This document shows positions 1 to 21,000 of a stretch of 21,000 nucleotides of DNA, in pieces. A program made the position numbers and the translations under genes. Position 1 is the stretch's first letter, and each line of letters begins with the position of its first letter. The DNA is from Bugula neritina (lineage: Eukaryota > Animalia > Bryozoa). Under the pieces are notes generated by a model, which worked only from the letters and a program-made list of their open reading frames with translations, ran no database searches and was not told where the DNA came from. The stretch is from assembly GCA_964035545.1 (NCBI GenBank), contig OZ037767.1:12302601-12323600 (forward strand). The letters run 5' to 3'.

Positions 1-3000
1 ATTTATAGCATGCAGTTTTAGTCAAAGAGCATTATAAGCCTTCCCAAAAGCAGTCATGGCAATCTGAAGATGTTCTTCTGAGTCAGCCACAAGGGCATTG
101 TCATCTGCATATTAAAGCTCAAAGGCAGAAGTTGCTGGTGTTAATGTCTTTGCTCGTAGTCTTTGTAAGTTGAGTACGTCATCAATATATGGTAGTCAAA
201 TTTTGTGCCCAAGGATAATTTATGCTTCACAAGGTATAGTACAGCAAATAAGTATATGGAGAACAGTGTGGGCTTAACTACACAACCTTGTTTGACACCT
301 GTTTGCACCTTGAATGATTCATGCAGATTTCAGGCAAACAACTAGAACCGGAGCATATATTTTATCAATCAGAAGACAAACCATGGTTACAAATTTTTTA
401 AGGAGAGCCAAATTTTTCGAAAATGTTTTATAGCAACTTCTTGTCAATGATAGCAAATGCTTTGCTAAAATCAATGAAGACCATATAAGGATTTTGGTGT
501 TGTTTTTGCATTTTTCCTGAATCTGCCGTGCAGCAAAACTCAACTTAACTGTATCCCACCTGGGACAGAGTCCGAAATGTGACTTTGGAAAAATATTTCT
601 TGAAACACATGAAAGTCTTTTAGATAGTATCTTTGCCAAAATCTTGCTATGAATAAAAGAGAGATACTTCTGTGGTAGCCGCATAGTGTCTTATTGCCTT
701 CCTTGAATACGGTCACAATTAGTGCGTCATGCAGTTCTTCAGGTAAATTTTCAGTTGTCCAAAAAAGGGAGAATAGCCTGTGCAGGTTCCTGGTTAATTT
801 AGACCTCTCATGTTTAAAGACCTCTGCTAGTATTCCATCTGCACATGCAGCTTTTGCACATCTTATCGCTTTTATTGCAAGTTTTAGTTCATAGAGTGTA
901 GGCTCCTTTGACAGCTGGTTGTGATGCTGCAACTGAGGAAGTTTCTGCAAAAACTGCATGATCAACAAAAGATGTCTGGTTTAGTAGGCATGAGATATGG
1001 GCTTTTCAAAACTGCCTGTAGTCATCTTTTCACTTTTGTAGCACACCTTCCTTATCCTAAACTGGGCAGATTCCCGAGACACTAGTCCATACAGTTTTCT
1101 TGTCTCCACGAAAATTCTTTGGTCTTATTCTAATTTGCCAAACTCTGTATTTCATTTGCTTGGGCAATCAATCCACCAATCACTTTATCTTTTATGGATT
1201 TGGCGTTGAACGTATGCTTTGACGGAATGATGGTGTAATGGCTAGCGGAAGTATAACCCTCTCTGTTCCCTGCTAAACATGGTGCAATAGATGATGGCCA
1301 GTCATTCCGTTTCTTATCTAGTCATGCCGTTTCCACATGCGGCGGGTACCTTCAGTCAATACGGTCAGAATGGCATGATATAAATACCCACCAATCAGAG
1401 ACAAGCTCTACTATATAAACTGCACCTTTCGGCACCCACTGACACACGGGGACTATACTAGCAACTAGCAGGCTAACTCATGTAACCATTGTGACTCTTG
1501 TTTATTCTTTTATTGACTAGTGTACATTCTTTTTAACTTGTGTATTGTTTTTTGAAATATAATTCCTGATATACTTGCTCGGTTCCTTACATAACTTCAC
1601 AGTGAGATGCAGTAATTAGTAACACACAAGAAGACTCACAACTAGTAGTGCACAAAACTACAACAATATCCATGCTTATTCTTTTTGTTTCAAAAGTAAT
1701 CTTGCCATGCACAAAATGTTACCTGTTTGTTTCATTAGTTGATCGATTTCTGCACTATTGTCATCAAACCAATCCTGGTGGTGTCTTCTAGAATTTCCTA
1801 AGATATCTTCACATGTTCCATTGATAGAGCTCTCCAGACTGGTCCAAATGGAAACAACAGTTAGGCCAGCTTTCTCCCTCAACTGCTCATCAATCTTCTC
1901 CTGAAATTCTTTTATTATGGCTAGTTGCTGCAATAGATTGACATTGAGACATGGCCTAGGAGGGTATTTTAATTGTCAGTGTTATGGCTGAAGTAAGAAG
2001 GTCAGCAAAGTTTTCACTAGTTTGTAATCTGTCCAACAGCTATTTGACAAATTGATGGCTTTCATGACTCTCACATCAACTATACCCAATCTTCGTCTAG
2101 TAATTTTTTCATCTAAGAATTGCCAGTGGACAGGCTGCGGATGTCTCCAAGATGTTTTCCTTTTGTCTAAGCGTGGTGTTTATTATTACGAGTTCCAGTT
2201 CTGCACATTTAGTAAGAAGCAACATACAATTTGCATTCACTTTATCCGCTCCATCTTAAAAGATTGGTTCTTTCCAACTTTCACTGTCTGTACCAACTCT
2301 AGAATTGAAATCACTCAGTATGACAACTTTACATGCACTAGCAAGCTGCATGACTGCTTCATCAACAGCAGCGTAAGCTGCTCCTTGAATTCTTGGTCGG
2401 TCATAAGCATTGAAGCATAAGCACTAAAAAGAGTTGCTATTTTGTTTTTCCAGGTGTTTATCTGCAAGGTTATAGGTCCTTTCGAAATGTCAACAAGGAG
2501 GTTGTATATGTCTTTCACGGGCTCACTTTTGAAAGCAAAACCTACTTCATACAGTATTTGTTATTTAGCATCTGTAACTTTCCAATAGAATGTATATCCT
2601 CCACCTCCTCTGTTAACTGGCCCTCATCTGCAAGTCTAGTATCTTGAAGCGCAGCAATACCATTGTTTAATCTCCAGAGTTTACATGTCACAAAAGCTGT
2701 ATGTTACTCAGGTTGATCACTGCGTTGATGATCTACGAGGGTGCAAACATTTAATGTTGCTAGTCTCATGTGTTGGTTTCTACCACAAAAGGGTAAACCA
2801 TCTAGATACAGCAATCTAGCCAGGTTGAGATTAGACAGCCCATGTTTGAGACACCTTTTCTAGTCCCTTCCGGGGATTGAGATAAGCAGACTCTTAACAA
2901 GGCTGCTCAGCTATAACAGCTCCTTCCAAACATTTTATCTGTATAATCCAAGAAATGAGTGACTGATAAGCTTCCATTGCCTCTGTGCTAATCGGTTGCT

Positions 3001-3200
3001 GCGAACCTCCAGGCTTCACTACCCTGCCCTGCCACTGCATTTTGATTGCCGTAGGTTTTGAGCTGATTGCAAACAGAATTCTGTTTGGGGGTTAAAGTGG
3101 TTTTCCTGATGCACATCAGAGATCTACTCTCTTGGCTAAACATGTCCTAATCAAATGGCAAAGGAGCCTTGACGACTGGGGATATGAATGATTGCAGTGG
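1..3200 (-). mobile_element. Decayed RTE-clade non-LTR retrotransposon (APE endonuclease + RT); 5' boundary approximate, 3' end outside the window
   Basis: Minus-strand translation: ATG at 2769, MRLATLNVCTL...AALQDTRLADEGQLTE (APE start); HQDWFDDNS; KAACADGILAEVFK; YHRSISLL; GVKQGC (about 284-301); YADDNALVA (YADD about 100-111). Many stops and frameshifts. 2770-3200 is inferred 5' UTR. Confidence 0.88.
1231..1665 (+). mobile_element. Probable solo LTR (about 435 bp) nested in the RTE element
   Basis: Interrupts the RTE frame, which resumes on both sides; TG...CA ends with imperfect 9-bp inverted termini TGGTGTAAT / ACTACAACA; CCAAT at 1391, TATATAAA at 1412; no clean TSD. Confidence 0.5.
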
Positions 3201-3420
3201 GTGATCATCAATCTGTGTTATATTTTTCCACTCTTTCCAGACAATTGCTGCTGCTGAGAATCTACAAGCCCGGCATTGTTCTTTGTAGACAATTTTAAAG
3301 TTCCCACAGGTCTAGTTTCTTTATAGTGTATTATATAGATATACCATAGGTTAAAGCATAGTATATAATTATATAACACAGTAAGAAGCTGTAGTAAATA
3401 TTACTATCTTTGTTTTTTAG

Positions 3421-20635
<17,215 letters not shown>

Positions 20636-20968
20636 GGTAGAGAGTGAGACCTCAGTGATCAGAAAATCTTCAATGTTCCTCTAAAGAGGAAAATATTTCA
20701 CATGTCACCTTTCAATTCAAATATTGCTTCTATCGTTTTTAGTATTTTAAAATGTCAATTTCTCAACATATTTTCTAGAATTCCCATTAATATTTTATAT
20801 TATAAGAATATTCTTAGTTATTTTCGTATTTTGAAAAAGTAGTTGAAGTGACTTATTAAATACAACACCTTCAGTTACTGTGTAGAAAATTTGCAACTCC
20901 TTGATTATGCTGAGCAGCTTTAATTAGAGAATTTTTTGCAGAAAAAAAATATAGTTTAATATTTAGTA

Positions 20969-20974
20969 AATAAA
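20969..20974 (+). promoter_or_regulatory. Candidate polyadenylation signal AATAAA (ATTAAA also at 20855-20860)
   Basis: Hexamer about 330 nt downstream of the stop; AT-rich context makes a chance match likely. Confidence 0.3.
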
Positions 20975-21000
20975 AATATATTACTAGATTTTTAATTTTA

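Noticed and set aside
2770-3250. Possible HDV-like ribozyme in the RTE 5' UTR
   Set aside because: Could not fold a nested double pseudoknot by eye; the element is heavily decayed

Overview
AT-rich animal genomic DNA (probably an invertebrate; the taxon cannot be fixed from sequence). The + strand carries the last 22 coding exons of an EML5/EML6-type echinoderm microtubule-associated protein-like gene (3421-20635), including one GC-AG intron. The upstream intron holds a decayed RTE-clade LINE (- strand) interrupted by a probable solo LTR. The 6.2-kb intron 14025-20217 is a mobile-element hotspot. It contains a PIF/Harbinger-like MITE, six (TA)n tracts, a head-to-head inverted pair of 5'-truncated Penelope-like elements (RT + GIY-YIG, Hydra-clade-like), a fragment of a second PLE family, a third ribozyme-bearing fragment and a perfect 362-bp palindrome. 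Four type I hammerhead ribozyme motifs can be read by eye in this intron. The three with intact cores are all antisense to the host gene, while the only copy on the host pre-mRNA strand has two substitutions in catalytic-core positions. Several introns also show tandem repeats abutting or copying the 3' splice site.
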